A stretch of 63,958 bases of DNA, filler included, from Octopus bimaculoides (GCF_001194135.2; 6 parts of 6 records of this genome joined end to end with filler, not necessarily neighbours in it), one strand, 5' to 3'; shown: positions 1 through 13,645, numbered from the whole stretch's first letter. Numbers and translations are program-made. Notes: generated by a model from the letters alone, not told the origin.

Positions 1-117
1 TCGTATATATGTTTATATAAACATATACAATAATCCTAGTTACCTGGTATTAAATTGATATTAATTAATATCCAATTTTTTAGCCCGTTGTTTAATTTTA
101 TACATATATATATACAT

Positions 118-522
118 GCAGGAGTGGCGCAGGAGTGGCTGTGTGGTAAAGTAGCTTGCTTACCAACCACATGGTTCCGGGTTCAGTCCCGCTGCGTGGC
201 ACCTTGGGTAAGTGTCTCCTACTATAGCCTCGGGCCGACCAAAGCCTTGTGAGTGGATTTGGTAGACGGAAACTGAAAGAAATCCGTCGTGTATGCGTGT
301 GTTGTTTGTGTGTCTGTGTTTGTCCCCCCAACATCGCTTGACAACCGATGGTAGTCTGTTTACGTCCCCGTAACTTAGCAGTTCGGCAAAGAGACCGATA
401 GAATAAGTACTAGGCTTGCAAAGAATAAGTCCTGGGGTCGATTTACTTGACTAAAAGTCGGTGCTCCAGCATGGCCACAGTCAAATGACTGAAACAAGTA
501 AAAGAGTAAAAGAGTAAAAGAG
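118..522 (+). mobile_element. tRNA-derived SINE, family A (CORE-like body), full length
   Basis: Head GGAGTGGCTGTGTGGTAA...GGGTTCAGTCCC (A/B-box-like), CORE-like ACCTTGGG(C/T)AAGTGTC, internal (TG)n, tail GACTGAAACAAGTAAAAGAG repeated; more than 12 copies in the window. Confidence 0.9.
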
Positions 523-953
523 CATGTGTGTGCGTGTGTGTGGTTCAAATGTAGAGAAAACAAAGAGAGGAAAGAGAACAACAGACAGGCGTATTAGTTT
601 GACTCTCAGGAAGAATGGAAGAGTCTTTGACGTTTCGGTAGACTCACACAAACATAAACACACGCACACACACATACACGAACAAGCACAGACAGAAAGC
701 AGAAAAGAGGAGAGAGAGAACAACATGCAGGTGTATTATTCTGACACTCAGGAAGAAGGGAAAAGTCTTTGACATTTCGATGCATGCACACACACACACA
801 CCACACCACACCACACCACACCACACACACATATACATATACATACATACATACATACATACATCATTCAGACACAAGCACGCACACACATACTTGCACG
901 CACACACATACACACACACACACACACATATACATATACATACATACATTCAG

Positions 954-997
<44 letters not shown>

Positions 998-1885
998 NNN
1001 NNNNNNNNNNNNNNNNNNNNNNNNNNNNNNNNNNNNNNNNNNNNNNNNNNNNNNNNNNNNNNNNNNNNNNNNNNNNNNNNNNNNNNNNNNNNNNNNNNNN
1101 NNNNNNNNNNNNNNNNNNNNNNNNNNNNNNNNNNNNNNNNNNNNNNNNNNNNNNNNNNNNNNNNNNNNNNNNNNNNNNNNNNNNNNNNNNNNNNNNNNNN
1201 NNNNNNNNNNNNNNNNNNNNNNNNNNNNNNNNNNNNNNNNNNNNNNNNNNNNNNNNNNNNNNNNNNNNNNNNNNNNNNNNNNNNNNNNNNNNNNNNNNNN
1301 NNNNNNNNNNNNNNNNNNNNNNNNNNNNNNNNNNNNNNNNNNNNNNNNNNNNNNNNNNNNNNNNNNNNNNNNNNNNNNNNNNNNNNNNNNNNNNNNNNNN
1401 NNNNNNNNNNNNNNNNNNNNNNNNNNNNNNNNNNNNNNNNNNNNNNNNNNNNNNNNNNNNNNNNNNNNNNNNNNNNNNNNNNNNNNNNNNNNNNNNNNNN
1501 NNNNNNNNNNNNNNNNNNNNNNNNNNNNNNNNNNNNNNNNNNNNNNNNNNNNNNNNNNNNNNNNNNNNNNNNNNNNNNNNNNNNNNNNNNNNNNNNNNNN
1601 NNNNNNNNNNNNNNNNNNNNNNNNNNNNNNNNNNNNNNNNNNNNNNNNNNNNNNNNNNNNNNNNNNNNNNNNNNNNNNNNNNNNNNNNNNNNNNNNNNNN
1701 NNNNNNNNNNNNNNNNNNNNNNNNNNNNNNNNNNNNNNNNNNNNNNNNNNNNNNNNNNNNNNNNNNNNNNNNNNNNNNNNNNNNNNNNNNNNNNNNNNNN
1801 NNNNNNNNNNNNNNNNNNNNNNNNNNNNNNNNNNNNNNNNNNNNNNNNNNNNNNNNNNNNNNNNNNNNNNNNNNNNNNNNNNNNN

Positions 1886-1924
<39 letters not shown>

Positions 1925-2777
1925 AGAATTCGGAAGCAGTCAGGATTTGGATAAAAACTATTTATTTAGCGCATCCGTCCTTTTAGGGATTTATTATGAT
2001 ATATATAGAGAGAGAGACAGACATATATATATATATGTATATACATGTATGTATATATATGAATATATATATATGTGTGTGTGTGTGTGCGTGTGTATGT
2101 GTGTGTATATACACACATACACACACACACATACACACACACACACGCATACATGTTTATAGCCATATAGACATGTAGACAGACATACATATAAATGCAT
2201 ATGTATGTGTGTGTATTTATAAACACACACATACAGACATACATACATAAATATATGTCTTGTTTTACTGAGACGGGAGGACACATTGCAACGAAAGACT
2301 CCAGTTCTCCTTTTGGCAAACAATATCCAGTTCAAATGCCTCACTATGTACAAAAGCTAATTATTACTAAAACTGTACTCATTTAACATCATCTCAAATT
2401 GCAGAATTAGTCAATAAAAACTTCGTAAACAATATGCTTCTAAAGATACAAAAATCTCGCTTTTAATTACGTCATGATTCTTAAAAAGAACTTCTTTCAA
2501 TTAATTCATGGTTCGCGCTTCATAATAATAATCCATAATTTTCTACACTTGCTGACTCTTTGTGTATTCCTATACGTGTTCATGTATGCGTGTGTGCTGA
2601 TGTATATGTACAGTTGTACAGATAAGTACATGTGTACATGTGTAGTTGTGCACGTAAGTACATCTGTACCCTGTGTCGTTGCGTCGTTGCGTATAAAATT
2701 TCGCCTAAGCATTTAAATATATATATATATATATATATATGCGAAATTTGTATATATATATATATATGTTCTTTTAT

Positions 2778-2888
2778 TCTTTTCTTTTACTTGTTTCAGT
2801 CATTTGACTGCTGCCATGCTGGAGCACCGCCTTTAGTCGGATAAATCGACCCCAGGACTTATTGTTAGTAAGCCTAGTACTTATTTTA
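2778..2888 (-). mobile_element. SINE family A, 3' fragment cut by gap
   Basis: ttttacttgtttcagtcatttgactg...gcctagtacttatt, reverse complement of the family A tail. Confidence 0.85.
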
Positions 2889-3814
2889 NNNNNNNNNNNN
2901 NNNNNNNNNNNNNNNNNNNNNNNNNNNNNNNNNNNNNNNNNNNNNNNNNNNNNNNNNNNNNNNNNNNNNNNNNNNNNNNNNNNNNNNNNNNNNNNNNNNN
3001 NNNNNNNNNNNNNNNNNNNNNNNNNNNNNNNNNNNNNNNNNNNNNNNNNNNNNNNNNNNNNNNNNNNNNNNNNNNNNNNNNNNNNNNNNNNNNNNNNNNN
3101 NNNNNNNNNNNNNNNNNNNNNNNNNNNNNNNNNNNNNNNNNNNNNNNNNNNNNNNNNNNNNNNNNNNNNNNNNNNNNNNNNNNNNNNNNNNNNNNNNNNN
3201 NNNNNNNNNNNNNNNNNNNNNNNNNNNNNNNNNNNNNNNNNNNNNNNNNNNNNNNNNNNNNNNNNNNNNNNNNNNNNNNNNNNNNNNNNNNNNNNNNNNN
3301 NNNNNNNNNNNNNNNNNNNNNNNNNNNNNNNNNNNNNNNNNNNNNNNNNNNNNNNNNNNNNNNNNNNNNNNNNNNNNNNNNNNNNNNNNNNNNNNNNNNN
3401 NNNNNNNNNNNNNNNNNNNNNNNNNNNNNNNNNNNNNNNNNNNNNNNNNNNNNNNNNNNNNNNNNNNNNNNNNNNNNNNNNNNNNNNNNNNNNNNNNNNN
3501 NNNNNNNNNNNNNNNNNNNNNNNNNNNNNNNNNNNNNNNNNNNNNNNNNNNNNNNNNNNNNNNNNNNNNNNNNNNNNNNNNNNNNNNNNNNNNNNNNNNN
3601 NNNNNNNNNNNNNNNNNNNNNNNNNNNNNNNNNNNNNNNNNNNNNNNNNNNNNNNNNNNNNNNNNNNNNNNNNNNTATATCTGTCTGTCTGTCTCTATAC
3701 TCACACACACACACACACATACATATACACACATGGCATAAGGAGTAGACATCCACCATGTATGTATATATGTATATATGTATGTATGTATGTGTGTATG
3801 TATCGAGGATACCT

Positions 3815-4075
3815 AGCCTAGTGCTTCGGGTATTGCACTCACGATCTAGAGATCGTGGTTTCAATTCGTGGACCGCATGGTACGTTGTGTTTTTGAGCAA
3901 AACAAACACTTATTCTCAAGTTCCTCTGCGATCATTGCGACACCTGACGTATGATACGATGCACCCTGCACCTGTTCAGACAGCATCAATTTTATGCAAG
4001 GAGTGACCTAATGTACAGCACGTACATTTGATCACTATAGGCAAATCATTTGTGCAGGTTGTCCAGTAAGATGTT
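3815..4075 (+). mobile_element. Probable tRNA-derived SINE with a distinct body and tail
   Basis: gcctagtgcttcgggtattgcactcacgatc...ggtttcaattc head, then gtgtttttgagcaaaac..actt resembling the CORE-like block of family C. Confidence 0.55.
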
Positions 4076-4662
4076 TGCAGAACCTTCTTTCTCGGACTAC
4101 AAGAGTCTACCATCATATATGTAAGTACATATCTATTATCTATACATGCATATGCATATACATACATACANNNNNNNNNNNNNNNNNNNNNNNNNNNNNN
4201 NNNNNNNNNNNNNNNNNNNNNNNNNNNNNNNNNNNNNNNNNNNNNNNNNNNNNNNNNNNNNNNNNNNNNNNNNNNNNNNNNNNNNNNNNNNNNNNNNNNN
4301 NNNNNNNNNNNNNNNNNNNNNNNNNNNNNNNNNNNNNNNNNNNNNNNNNNNNNNNNNNNNNNNNNNNNNNNNNNNNNNNNNNNNNNNNNNNNNNNNNNNN
4401 NNNNNNNNNNNNNNNNNNNNNNNNNNNNNNNNNNNNNNNNNNNNNNNNNNNNNNNNNNNNNNNNNNNNNNNNNNNNNNNNNNNNNNNNNNNNNNNNNNNN
4501 NNNNNNNNNNNNNNNNNNNNNNNNNNNNNNNNNNNNNNNNNNNNNNNNNNNNNNNNNNNNNNNNNNNNNNNNNNNNNNNNNNNNNNNNNNNNNNNNNNNN
4601 NNNNNNNNNNNNNNNNNNTATGAATGTGTGTATATGCATACATACACTTAAACACATATGTA

Positions 4663-4705
<43 letters not shown>

Positions 4706-5904
4706 TCATAATACATGATAGTCTGCAGAATTTGCTTTAATCGAGTAGTGTAATACTTTTCCAACATTTAGAGAGGAATTTTCTGAAAGCGCTGCCGCTG
4801 TTTATATTCTCGTCCCTAACAAGTTAATTGTGATTTCATGAAATGAATTTTTTTGTTTTCCAGAAATACAAAAAACTGCAAAGTTTTGCCGTGTTTGTGT
4901 GACTCTTGTAATATTCTAGAATTTTCCAATGGATGTCAAGTTTCATTACGCTATATTTCAATTTCCAAACACTGCTTTTCCGATATCTTATAGAATCGAG
5001 GTGAAGTTAAGTTGTAGTTATAGATTAAACACGAAAACTACAACCACAAGAAGTTCGACCAGGCCAAATGTGGAAGCGTAAACCGGCCTGCAAAAACAAA
5101 TGTGCTATCCTGTAATCAGGTATTCTGTGCTGAGGCAGTTATGTGAGACCGAGAACATCTTTACGAAACAAAACCCAGATACCATGTTTAAAAATTGTGT
5201 CGAAATAGCGTAAGATTATATCGAATGTTACTTTCATGTTACTTTCTTTAGAATTATAGAGAAGAATGTCACTGAACTATCTATCTATTTTTGGAATTTA
5301 AAAAACTAGATTTGTATTAGTCAACTACATATGAAACGATGCAAGTCTAATGTTAATGGAACAAAAACATGAAATATATATACTCATATTCGGTACAAAA
5401 TATTTATCTGAAGAAATACTAAACGGCAAAAGACAATTTAAATGTCAAATACCTGATTCTGAACAATGCTGGGATTTCAGAAAATTTCATTTAGGAAACT
5501 GGAAAAATAGGAGGCGACTGATTAAAACGATATCATCACGCTACCACGTCTTATAATAACGAAAAAGCATATGTCTCAAGTACACACACACACGCATACG
5601 CAGGCACAAGTGTATGTGCGTGTGTATCTTTGTGAAAGTGTGTATGTGTGTGCATGAGCGTGGGGTATACGTCTGTGCGTGTGTAGGAAAATGTGAAGCC
5701 ATCTGATTGCACTTTAATCTTATAGACACAAAAAGTTCTTAACCATTATTCAGCATACTAAGATAATAAAATCGTATTTCGCGAAAGTTTTTTTTGTAAC
5801 GAAATCTATCTGACATTTATATCATCTGTCATTTATTATTTTGAGTAAATTTTGACCGGCCAACTTACTTGGTAGCAAGGTTGTGAAGGAAAGTATTTTG
5901 ATTT

Positions 5905-6720
5905 GACGATCATCTTTTAAATCGTAAGAAGGCCTTGCAGATTCTTATAGTCCCAGATATCATGACCCTTTGTAGCTTATGAATTAAGGAATTTAAGTTC
6001 TCTCCCCAAGTCCCCGAAATTCAGCCAAACTTTACTCCAGACAGGTTGGCATGTATCCTATTGCTCCAATGATAATAGGAATGAAGCTGAAATTGTATCT
6101 TGGGTACTGGTTTTGCAAACTCCTCATCAATGGCCCATAGACGCTCTCTTTCTCTCGTATTTCTGTAACTTCATCTGTGTCTCGGGGCGGTTGATTTCCA
6201 CAACAAAACATATCTTTTCTTTGTGATCCCACACAACGATATCTGGCAGGCTGTATTTTAACTTGGTCACTGTCTTAATATTCAATTTCCACCAGTATTT
6301 TTTTTTTTATCTATCGGTCTTAATATGATCAACTTCGTTTGTAGGTATTCTCATTTTGTTATCCTATTCCAGACCGTTTTGGCTGCCGTATCATGCCTGA
6401 TAGGAAGATAATATGTGGAACACATTCTCTCACATTTGGTAATAATGTGGTTGATGTCTTGAGTCTTGGTTTGCACAGACTACATTTGTTATATGCCAAC
6501 GTTTTCTGCCGTTTATGTTGCAGAAGTGAAGATCTTTTGATCTTGGATTGCATGGATGTAGCCTTCATAGTGGATGTCACAAACTTGACGGTACTCCATG
6601 CTAAGCTGTTGACATGAACAATCCGTAATATGTATGTATGTATGTATGTATGTACGTACATATGACACCTTCATCAGATGACGAGTATGGCTACTTTTCA
6701 ATGATGTAATCAATACGTTT
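5905..6720 (-). mobile_element. Decayed RLE-type non-LTR retrotransposon 3' end (R4/Dong-like)
   Basis: Minus-strand frames give AIQDQKI, NHIITKC..YYLPIRHD, PDIVVWDHKEKICFVVEI, EKESVYGPLMRSLQNQYPRYNFSFIPIIIGAIGY; stops, frameshifts and a (TACA)n insertion. Confidence 0.8.
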
Positions 6721-7556
6721 TCAAAAAGTAGACTATTTATTCATAAAGATTCGGACATCACTGCCAGCCAGCTGTTTAGCTGTGTAACCAAAACTCAGAT
6801 AATATAGTAGCATAGCTTGTAAGTTCCGAATAAAATAGGTCTGTGTGTGTGTGTGTGTGTGTATAAATGCACGTTTGCGTGTACATATATATGCATATCC
6901 ATGATATATATATATAGGGAAAATAAGACAAGGTAGAAAATGCTAAAATAATTTTATCCACCACAAATGACACTATTACAAGGGCCTTAAAATAATAAAT
7001 ATAATCAAAATAAGTAACAGGATGTCAAGTAGTAATGCAGTACGACCGTTTCAAGGGGCTCCATTTAATTGAATCATGTAATCATTTCATCAATTTAAAT
7101 ACAGCGCTATCTTCAGCTGCAAGAAATATGGATTTTCAACTGAATTGATATATTGATATAATTTTTCTTTAAATATTTTAACACAGCAAGAGGATGAAGG
7201 AATTTTATGTTGTCACTGTTGCAGCAAGAATAGTTAAGAGAAGAACAAACTAGAGTGGCATGAAACACAGTAGAGGTCATAGGGTTGCAATTCATTTTCA
7301 ATTTATTTATCTTCTTATCATCAACAAAAGATTTAGGACTAGAAGACTGCGTATAAATATATATATATATAAATGTCACTTTTTAATTACTAATATGACA
7401 TAATATGCCACATCTGGTTGTATATTGTTATTATTGTCCTCTTAGTTAAAAAATAAACAGGTAAATTGACATAATACAATGTCTGCAAGTTGATGAATTA
7501 GCACCTATTCCCCTCCATTTTCTTATTGCCATATATATATGTGTGTGTGTATGTGT

Positions 7557-7614
<58 letters not shown>

Positions 7615-7812
7615 NNNNNNNNNNNNNNNNNNNNNNNNNNNNNNNNNNNNNNNNNNNNNNNAGTAAGCTACCAGATATATACCACGGTGGTGCACCAGCA
7701 TGACCGCAGCCACTTGGCTAAAACACATAAATAAAATACGTTTTATTATTACCTAATACACAAACACACACACACACATATATATATATGTGTGCTGTCT
7801 TACTTTTTTAAA

Positions 7813-8105
7813 ACTCTTTTACTTGTTACAGTCATTTGACTGCGGCCATGCTAGAGTACCACCTTTAGTCGAACGAATCGACCCCAGGACATATTCTTTG
7901 CAAGCCTAGTACATATTCTATCAGGTTCTTTTGCCGAACCACTAAGTTATGGGGGCCGTAAAAACACCAACATCGGTTGTAAAGCGATGGTGGGGGGATA
8001 AGCACAGTTCCCGTTCTCCAAATCCCCTAACAATCCCCAAGGTGCCACGCAGTGGGACTGAACCCGGAACCATGTGGTTGGGAAGTAAGCTTCTTACACC
8101 CCCTC
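7813..8105 (-). mobile_element. SINE family A, internally deleted
   Basis: Tail at 7813 and head ggtgccacgcagtgggactgaacccggaaccatg at about 8040-8100. Confidence 0.85.
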
Positions 8106-8670
8106 CCATATATATATATATATANNNNNNNNNNNNNNNNNNNNNNNNNNNNNNNNNNNNNNNNNNNNNNNNNNNNNNNNNNNNNNNNNNNNNNNNNNNN
8201 NNNNNNNNNNNNNNNNNNNNNNNNNNNNNNNNNNNNNNNNNNNNNNNNNNNNNNNNNNNNNNNNNNNNNNNNNNNNNNNNNNNNNNNNNNNNNNNNNNNN
8301 NNNNNNNNNNNNNNNNNNNNNNNNNNNNNNNNNNNNNNNNNNNNNNNNNNNNNNNNNNNNNNNNNNNNNNNNNNNNNNNNNNNNNNNNNNNNNNNNNNNN
8401 NNNNNNNNNNNNNNNNNNNNNNNNNNNNNNNNNNNNNNNNNNNNNNNNNNNNNNNNNNNNNNNNNNNNNNNNNNNNNNNNNNNNNNNNNNNNNNNNNNNN
8501 NNNNNNNNNNNNNNNNNNNNNNNNNNNNNNNNNNNNNNGTTTGTGTATGCTTATGTACGTGTATGTATATGTATGCGTGTATGTGCGTGTGCTTGTGTAT
8601 CCTCACCTATGGATCATATCCACCTCTCTCTCTCTCTCTCCCTCTTTCTCTCTATCTCTTTCTCTTTCTC

Positions 8671-8704
<34 letters not shown>

Positions 8705-9258
8705 CCTCTCTCTTTCTCTCTCTCTCTAATGCATACAACTTCATTCTGTTCCATTCATTCACTATTTGTTTCTCTCAGATAACGATTTTATACACACGCA
8801 CATACATACTTCACTCACTCACATACACACACACACACACGCACACGCACACGCACACACACTCGCAAGCAACTGCACACACACATACAGGAACACGGCT
8901 AGACGGGGTAAGGTAGGTAGACGGTGTGAGTAAGATAATTAAGAAACTCCAAGCTCACCAGACACACATGATTGCATAACTGGGTTATGCGTAAGTGCGG
9001 CTGTATATGTGTGTGTGTGTGTGTGTGTCTGTGTGTGTGTCTGTGTCTGTGTCTGTGCGTCAGTGCATATCTCTGTCTGTGTGGATGTGAGTGCACGTGT
9101 TCATATATGCATCAGTGTGTGCATGTATGCATTGGTGTGTGTGTGTGTGTGTGTGTGTGTGCAGACGGGTGTGCTCGTGTCTAGACGGGGTATGTGAGTG
9201 TGTGTTGGATGACTGCTTTGTTTGTAGACGGGTGTATCTCTGTAATAAGGATGTGTGT

Positions 9259-9295
<37 letters not shown>

Positions 9296-11427
9296 GTGTG
9301 TGTTAGTAATGTCTATGAGTGTGTGTTTGTGGTAACCTGTTTTGTGTGAGTGTGTAAGCTGCAATACCAAGATAGTGTGTATGCGTCTGTGTAATATACT
9401 ATGTAGTGTGATGCAGTGTATGTCAATGTACTGTGTAAGAACGTGTGTGTATGTGTGTGTGTGTGTGTTTTTGTATTAATGTGTATACGGTTGTGTCTAT
9501 AGTCACATCAGTATATGTGTGTGTGTATACGTATTTGTTACGTACAGTGTATATATATATGACTATCTCTATTGTTTGATTCTGTTTGTCTGAGAATCGT
9601 GTTTGTTCATCAGTGAATTTGCTGTTGGTGCTATTGTCATCGAGATCTAGTCGAGCTAACATACTCAAAGGTCTTCCAACAATGACCATCCCGTCGTGTG
9701 AGACATTTCCTCACCGTCTGCATTCTCGAACATGTCTTCCGTGCAGGTTGTTGTATGAGATATTCTTGCTGTTTCTAGCAAGACGAGTTACCAGGTAGCG
9801 GTTGCGTTGACCGGTGCGAATATGTGTGCAAGTGTGTGTGTATGCGCTATTATGTTTTGTGTGTGTGTGTGTGTGTGTGCGCGCGCGCGCGTGTGTGTGT
9901 ATGTGTGTGTGTGTGCGTGCGTGTGTGTGTGTATGTGTGTGTGTGTGTGTACATTTACTTGGTATATGTAGGTGCCTATGCGTATGTATGGATGTCTGAC
10001 TGCTGCCTGCTGCCTGCTGAATGTGTATGCGTATCTGAATGTATGCATGTAACTATATATGTGTGTAAGTGTATGTATTTCTGTATGTTGTGTGTGTGTG
10101 TGTGTGTACTTTGCGTATTGTATGTTTGTCTATGCCTGTCTCATTTTGTCTCAATAAAGACAATGGACTAATGAACAAACCTTGACCCAGGGATGAAATT
10201 GTGATAGCAACAGATTCTTGATGCAGCTCAGGATCAAAGCCTTCACATCAGAAAATATCAATAACATAGAGTGAAGCAAAATAAGCTGAGTTATTACATA
10301 GTATGCAGAGCTAGGGCAAAAGCGAATAATTGCATTGTCTGTGGCTGCCCAGTTTTAGCTAAAAAAAAACAACCCAAAACAAAGATCTTATAAACAGGCA
10401 CCCAGAAAGTCCTTAGAGGCTGACAGATCGACTATACCTTGGGGTTTACGAACCCATAATGACGAGTAGATCATAACATTCGGTAGACAGTTGTTGTGGA
10501 AGATTACTGGAAAAGATACATCTAACCGTCGTATTATTTTAAACTGAACAAATGGAGAAATTATCCAGATACCAGATCTAGAAATAGGTATAACCCGATT
10601 ATAGGGTTAAAACGGAAATAATCACTATGACAATATCTGCAATGGAAACATGATATAATATATTATAATGTAACATAATATAATGTAATATATATATATA
10701 TATATATATANNNNNNNNNNNNNNNNNNNNNNNNNNNNNNNNNNNNNNNNNNNNNNNNNNNNNNNNNNNNNNNNNNNNNNNNNNNNNNNNNNNNNNNNNN
10801 NNNNNNNNNNNNNNNNNNNNNNNNNNNNNNNNNNNNNNNNNNNNNNNNNNNNNNNNNNNNNNNNNNNNNNNNNNNNNNNNNNNNNNNNNNNNNNNNNNNN
10901 NNNNNNNNNNNNNNNNNNNNNNNNNNNNNNNNNNNNNNNNNNNNNNNNNNNNNNNNNNNNNNNNNNNNNNNNNNNNNNNNNNNNNNNNNNNNNNNNNNNN
11001 NNNNNNNNNNNNNNNNNNNNNNNNNNNNNNNNNNNNNNNNNNNNNNNNNNNNNNNNNNNNNNNNNNNNNNNNNNNNNNNNNNNNNNNNNNNNNNNNNNNN
11101 NNNNNNNNNNNNNNNNNNNNNNNNNNNNNNNNNNNNNNNNNNNNNNNNNNNNNNNNNNNNNNNNNNNNNNNNNNNNNNNNNNNNNNNNNNNNNNNNNNNN
11201 NNNNNNNNNNNNNNNNNNNNNNNNNNNNNNNNNNNNNNNNNNNNNNNNNNNNNNNNNNNNNNNNNNNNNNNNNNNNNNNNNNNNNNNNNNNNNNNNNNNN
11301 NNNNNNNNNNNNNNNNNNNNNNNNNNNNNNNNNNNNNNNNNNNNNNNNNNNNNNNNNNNNTTATAAATAGCAGTTAAAACTACTAATTCTAACTACAATT
11401 AAGTCTCAAACGGATAGCGATATTCAT

Positions 11428-11494
<67 letters not shown>

Positions 11495-11509
11495 TATATA
11501 TATATCTTG

Positions 11510-12365
11510 CTAACAACTGTTCAAGAAGTCCAGACCAAGCAACAATTTATCAGTGGCTGAAAAGTTCAGGAGTGAAGGTTTCCTGTTGGCAGCACAAGAT
11601 CAAACCTTGCTTATCAGAAATTACCAGGCTAACGTTCTACAAAACAGTACCGACCTTATATCCAGATTCTAAGATACATTTCACGAAACAGTAGACCATC
11701 TCGCTTCTAGATGTCCTGCTAACATCAAACGAATACAAAAATTAGCTACGATAGAGCAGGACAGTATTTACAGTGGAAAATATGTAAGCACTACAAAATC
11801 GGCACTCCTGCATACTGGTTTGAACATCAACTTGAGCCAGTCATTGAAGGTAAAGATGTCACTATCTTCTGGGATTTTCCAGTAACCACTAACAGAACGA
11901 TCCGAGCTAATCTACCAAACATAATTATTAATATTGGGAAGACTAATAGATATAAGTGTTCCCACCGATAAAGATATAACTGTCAAGGAATTTGACGAAC
12001 CTAGTAAATTTAAGGACTTAGAAATTGAAATACAAAAGATGTAGCATCTTAAAGCAAAAACTGTTCCTGTTATTGTAGGTGCACTATGTATGATAAAAAA
12101 AGGGATATCTGAAACATCCCAGGAGAACCATGTCTCAGAGAAATCCAAAAGATTGAGCTGAGAAAAAACCCTATCAATTTAAATGTTTGTGTTGTATTAC
12201 ATGGAGATACTTCGCTACTGCCCCTACTGTTTCTTTTCCCCAACCTTTCAGTTACACTGTAACATCTCTTATCTGCTACTTACCCTAGGGTGCTGGGTGT
12301 GTCTCGGTAAGCGATTGTAACAAACATGCAGATTAAAAGTAAACAACACCATCACATCCGACAAT
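11510..12365 (+). mobile_element. R4/Dong-type RLE retrotransposon, 5'-truncated and decayed
   Basis: Frames give YQWLKSS, GFLLAAQDQTL..RNYQANV, ETVDHLASRCP, QWKICKHYKI, WFEHQLEPVIEGKDVTIFWDFPV, LIDISVPTD, KFKDLEIEIQKM, TVPVIVGAL; ends in a trinucleotide tail. Confidence 0.88.
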
Positions 12366-12373
12366 AATAATGA

Positions 12374-12448
<75 letters not shown>

Positions 12449-12458
12449 CACCACCACC

Positions 12459-12524
<66 letters not shown>
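12361..12524 (+). repeat. Compound trinucleotide microsatellite (ACT)n(ACC)n(AAT)n
   Basis: Read directly; forms the tail of the Dong-like element. Confidence 0.95.
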
Positions 12525-12624
12525 NNNNNNNNNNNNNNNNNNNNNNNNNNNNNNNNNNNNNNNNNNNNTTAATTAATTAANNNNNNNNNNNNNNNNNNNN
12601 NNNNNNNNNNNNNNNNNNNNNNNN
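12525..12624. other. Artificial scaffold-joining spacer (44 N + TTAATTAATTAA + 44 N)
   Basis: Palindromic 12-mer giving TAA in all six frames, centred in exactly 100 bp; repeated identically five times. Confidence 0.95.
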
Positions 12625-12860
12625 CTTGTGCGGGTGGCACATAAAAGACACCATTTCGAGCGTGGCCGTTTTCGTGCGGGTGACACGTAAAAGCACCCAC
12701 TACACTCTCTGAGTGGTTGGCGTTAGGAAGGGCATCCAGCTGTAGAAACTCTGCCAAATTAGACTGGAGCCTGGTGTTGCCATCCGGTTTCACCAGTCCT
12801 CAGTCAAATCGTCCAACCCATGCTAGCATGGAAAGCGGACGTTAAACGATGATGATGATG
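12625..12860 (+). mobile_element. Family D repeat (RTE-related SINE or non-autonomous element) with (GAT)n tail
   Basis: GTGGTTGGCGTTAGGAAGGGCATCCAGCTGTAGAAAC...CAACCCATGCTAGCATGGAAAGCGGACGTTAAAC(GAT)n; six copies in the window. Confidence 0.85.
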
Positions 12861-12899
12861 AGTCATTCCAACTCCAAAATTATAAAAAGATTCCTAGTT

Positions 12900-13530
12900 T
12901 CGGCATAAGGCCAGTCATTTTGAGGAGAGGGTGGCTAGTTGACTACATCGACCTCAGTAAATTAGCGGTATTTCGCCCGTCGCTACGTTCTGAGTTCAAA
13001 TTCCGCCCAGGTCGATGTAATCGACTATCCCCCTCCTCCAAATTTCAGGCCTTGTGTCTATAGCAGAAAGGATTATTATTATTATTATTAAAACGGCGAG
13101 CTGGTAGAATCTCTAGCCCGCCGGGCAAAATGTTTTGCAGCATTTTGCGTTCTGAGGTCAAATTCCGCTGAGGTCAACTTGGCCTTTTATCTTTTCGAGG
13201 TCGATAAAATAGGTACCAGTTGAGTACTGGGGTTGATGTGATCGACTTAGTGCCTCTCCCAAAATTTCGGGCCTTGTGCCTATAGTAAAAAGGATTATTA
13301 TTAAGACGGTGAGCTGGCAGAATTGTTAGCACGCCAGACAAGATGCTTTGCAGCATTTCGTCCGTCTTCATCTTCTGAGTTCAAATTCTGCCGAGGTCGA
13401 TTTTGCCTTTCATCCTTTCGGAGTCGATAAATTAAGTACCAGTGAAACACGGGTCGATGTGATCAACTAGTCCTCTTCCCTAAAATTTCAGGCCTTGTGC
13501 TTATAGTAGAAAGAGTTATTATTATTATTT
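12900..13530 (+). mobile_element. Head-to-tail array of three family B SINEs plus one inverted fragment
   Basis: Units 12961-13090, 13091-13302 and 13303-13530; head (A)GGCGGCGAGCTGG.AGAA, body TTCTGAGTTCAAATTC.GCCGAGGTCGA..TTGCCTTTCATCCTTTCG, tail GCCTTGTGCCTATAGTAGAAAGG(ATT)n. Confidence 0.88.
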
Positions 13531-13614
13531 ATGTTGTTGTTGCTTCTACTACTTCTGGGGTTTTAAAAACATATCAGTCCTTCAAACCCCATTGTGCTGT
13601 ATGACGTAAACGGT

Positions 13615-13645
<31 letters not shown>

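Noticed and set aside
118-200. tRNA-like sequences at SINE heads (also 33201, 43590, 50059)
   Set aside because: A/B-box-like motifs continue into SINE bodies, with no acceptor stem or complete cloverleaf; not tRNA genes.
12569-12580. TTAATTAATTAA as a homeodomain site or conserved biological motif
   Set aside because: Always centred between exactly 44 Ns on each side; it is an assembly linker.
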